A stretch of DNA of 64,000 nt from Eledone cirrhosa. Lineage: Eukaryota. This document shows, piece after piece, positions 63,669 through 64,000 of this stretch (position 1 is the stretch's first letter; each line of letters opens with the position of its first letter). The notes under the pieces were generated by a model, which was not told the DNA's origin, did no database searches, and saw nothing but the letters and a program-made list of their open reading frames with translations. The position numbers and the translations under genes are program-made. The stretch lies in contig OZ024741.1 of NCBI GenBank assembly GCA_964016885.1, forward strand, positions 100,006,001-100,070,000. Direction: 5' to 3'.

Positions 63669-64000
63669 ATTAAAGGTGGAAAACTGGGAGAGGGCACTTG
63701 CCCTGGTTGTCAGGGCCACTGTGGTCTTTTAATGGGCTTTCTCCACAAATGTCCCTTGGAAGTCTCCCCCCTATTCGGGAATTTTTCTTTGTTATTTTAT
63801 TTCAACCTCTGTTTTTTTACACGCAGAAATGCCCATTTGTACCGTCCTGTATTGTCCTGTACTGTCCTTAATGTCTACTTTATGTGAACCCTTGTGGTTA
63901 ATAAAGAAAACATTATTATTATTATTACAGTTGCATTTATCTTGCTTTATGTTCATACGAGTTATAACCAAGTCACAACCAGTGACCTCAAGAGACAACA

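Larger units (their letters stand above)
58019..63911 (+). mobile_element. Tx1-like non-LTR retrotransposon D (full length, few lesions)
   Basis: Begins ATT|GG; AATAAA at 63900, then (ATT)n at 63912-63927. Confidence 0.93.

Noticed and set aside
38343-63719. Minus-strand and alternate-frame ORFs over elements A-D
   Set aside because: Shadows of A/C-rich ORF1 and GC-rich ORF2; their recurrence follows sense-strand conservation.

Overview
AT-rich, microsatellite-dense eukaryotic DNA. The repeat content suggests an invertebrate, possibly an octopus-like cephalopod (inference only). No host gene could be supported. The last 26 kb hold four divergent, near full-length L1/Tx1-clade non-LTR retrotransposons, all on the + strand, in two head-to-tail pairs: A and B sit in (ATCT)n, and C and D sit in (ATT)n. 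Element B has intact ORF1 (638 aa) and ORF2 (1145 aa: APE, RT, CCHC), but its 3' terminus is replaced by a foldback element. All four carry a consensus 5' splice site at the end of ORF1, an AG|GT at the end of ORF2, a UAG-rich island and an unrecognised ORF1 C-terminal domain. A, C and D also end in a covarying hairpin just before AATAAA. The first 38 kb contain a head-to-head Penelope-like (Naiad-like) RT/GIY-YIG pair, four hammerhead ribozyme motifs, several hairpin-headed short elements in (TA)n, and a 238-bp palindrome. They also contain R4/Dong-like, RTE, Helitron and old Tx1 relics and tRNA-derived SINEs. All calls were made by eye; boundaries are approximate unless stated.
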